A DNA stretch of 53,412 nucleotides from Chromera velia (taxonomy: Eukaryota). Shown here piece after piece: positions 53,382 to 53,412 of the stretch; position 1 is the stretch's first letter, and every line of letters begins with the position of its first letter. The DNA lies in NCBI GenBank assembly GCA_018398765.1, contig JAHBMJ010000260.1, forward strand, positions 1 through 53,412. The letters run 5' to 3'. The translations under genes and the position numbers were made by a program. Under the pieces are notes generated by a model. That model ran no database searches. It was not told the DNA's origin and was given only the letters and a program-made list of their open reading frames with translations.

Positions 53382-53412
<31 letters not shown>

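Overview
Eukaryotic nuclear DNA with GT-AG spliceosomal introns full of microsatellites, GC-balanced exons and abrupt AT-rich intergenic islands. Gene content and style (flagellar genes, a hybrid histidine kinase, TGCATGCA motifs) suggest a chromerid alveolate such as Chromera velia; this is inference. Most ORF-track entries are microsatellite or antisense artefacts. Reading splice sites by hand gives these genes: the 3' part of an LRR gene (+), an F-box-like/ankyrin gene with an in-frame TAG (-) and a possibly linked downstream exon, radial spoke protein 3 (+, about 12 exons), a 2OG-Fe(II) oxygenase (-), a secreted K/G-rich protein (-), an NRF-6-type acyltransferase-3 with two NRF-like modules (+), a membrane hybrid histidine kinase (+), Vps52 (-) and the 3' part of dynein intermediate chain DNAI1 (-). 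Two signals stand out. (1) Repeat copies in the AT-rich islands differ almost only by C/T and G/A transitions, mostly creating TpA, which resembles fungal RIP in a non-fungal genome. (2) The 5' splice-site consensus is GTCRGT, with C at +3 in 23 of 38 inferred introns, which predicts a variant U1 or other spliceosome adaptation.
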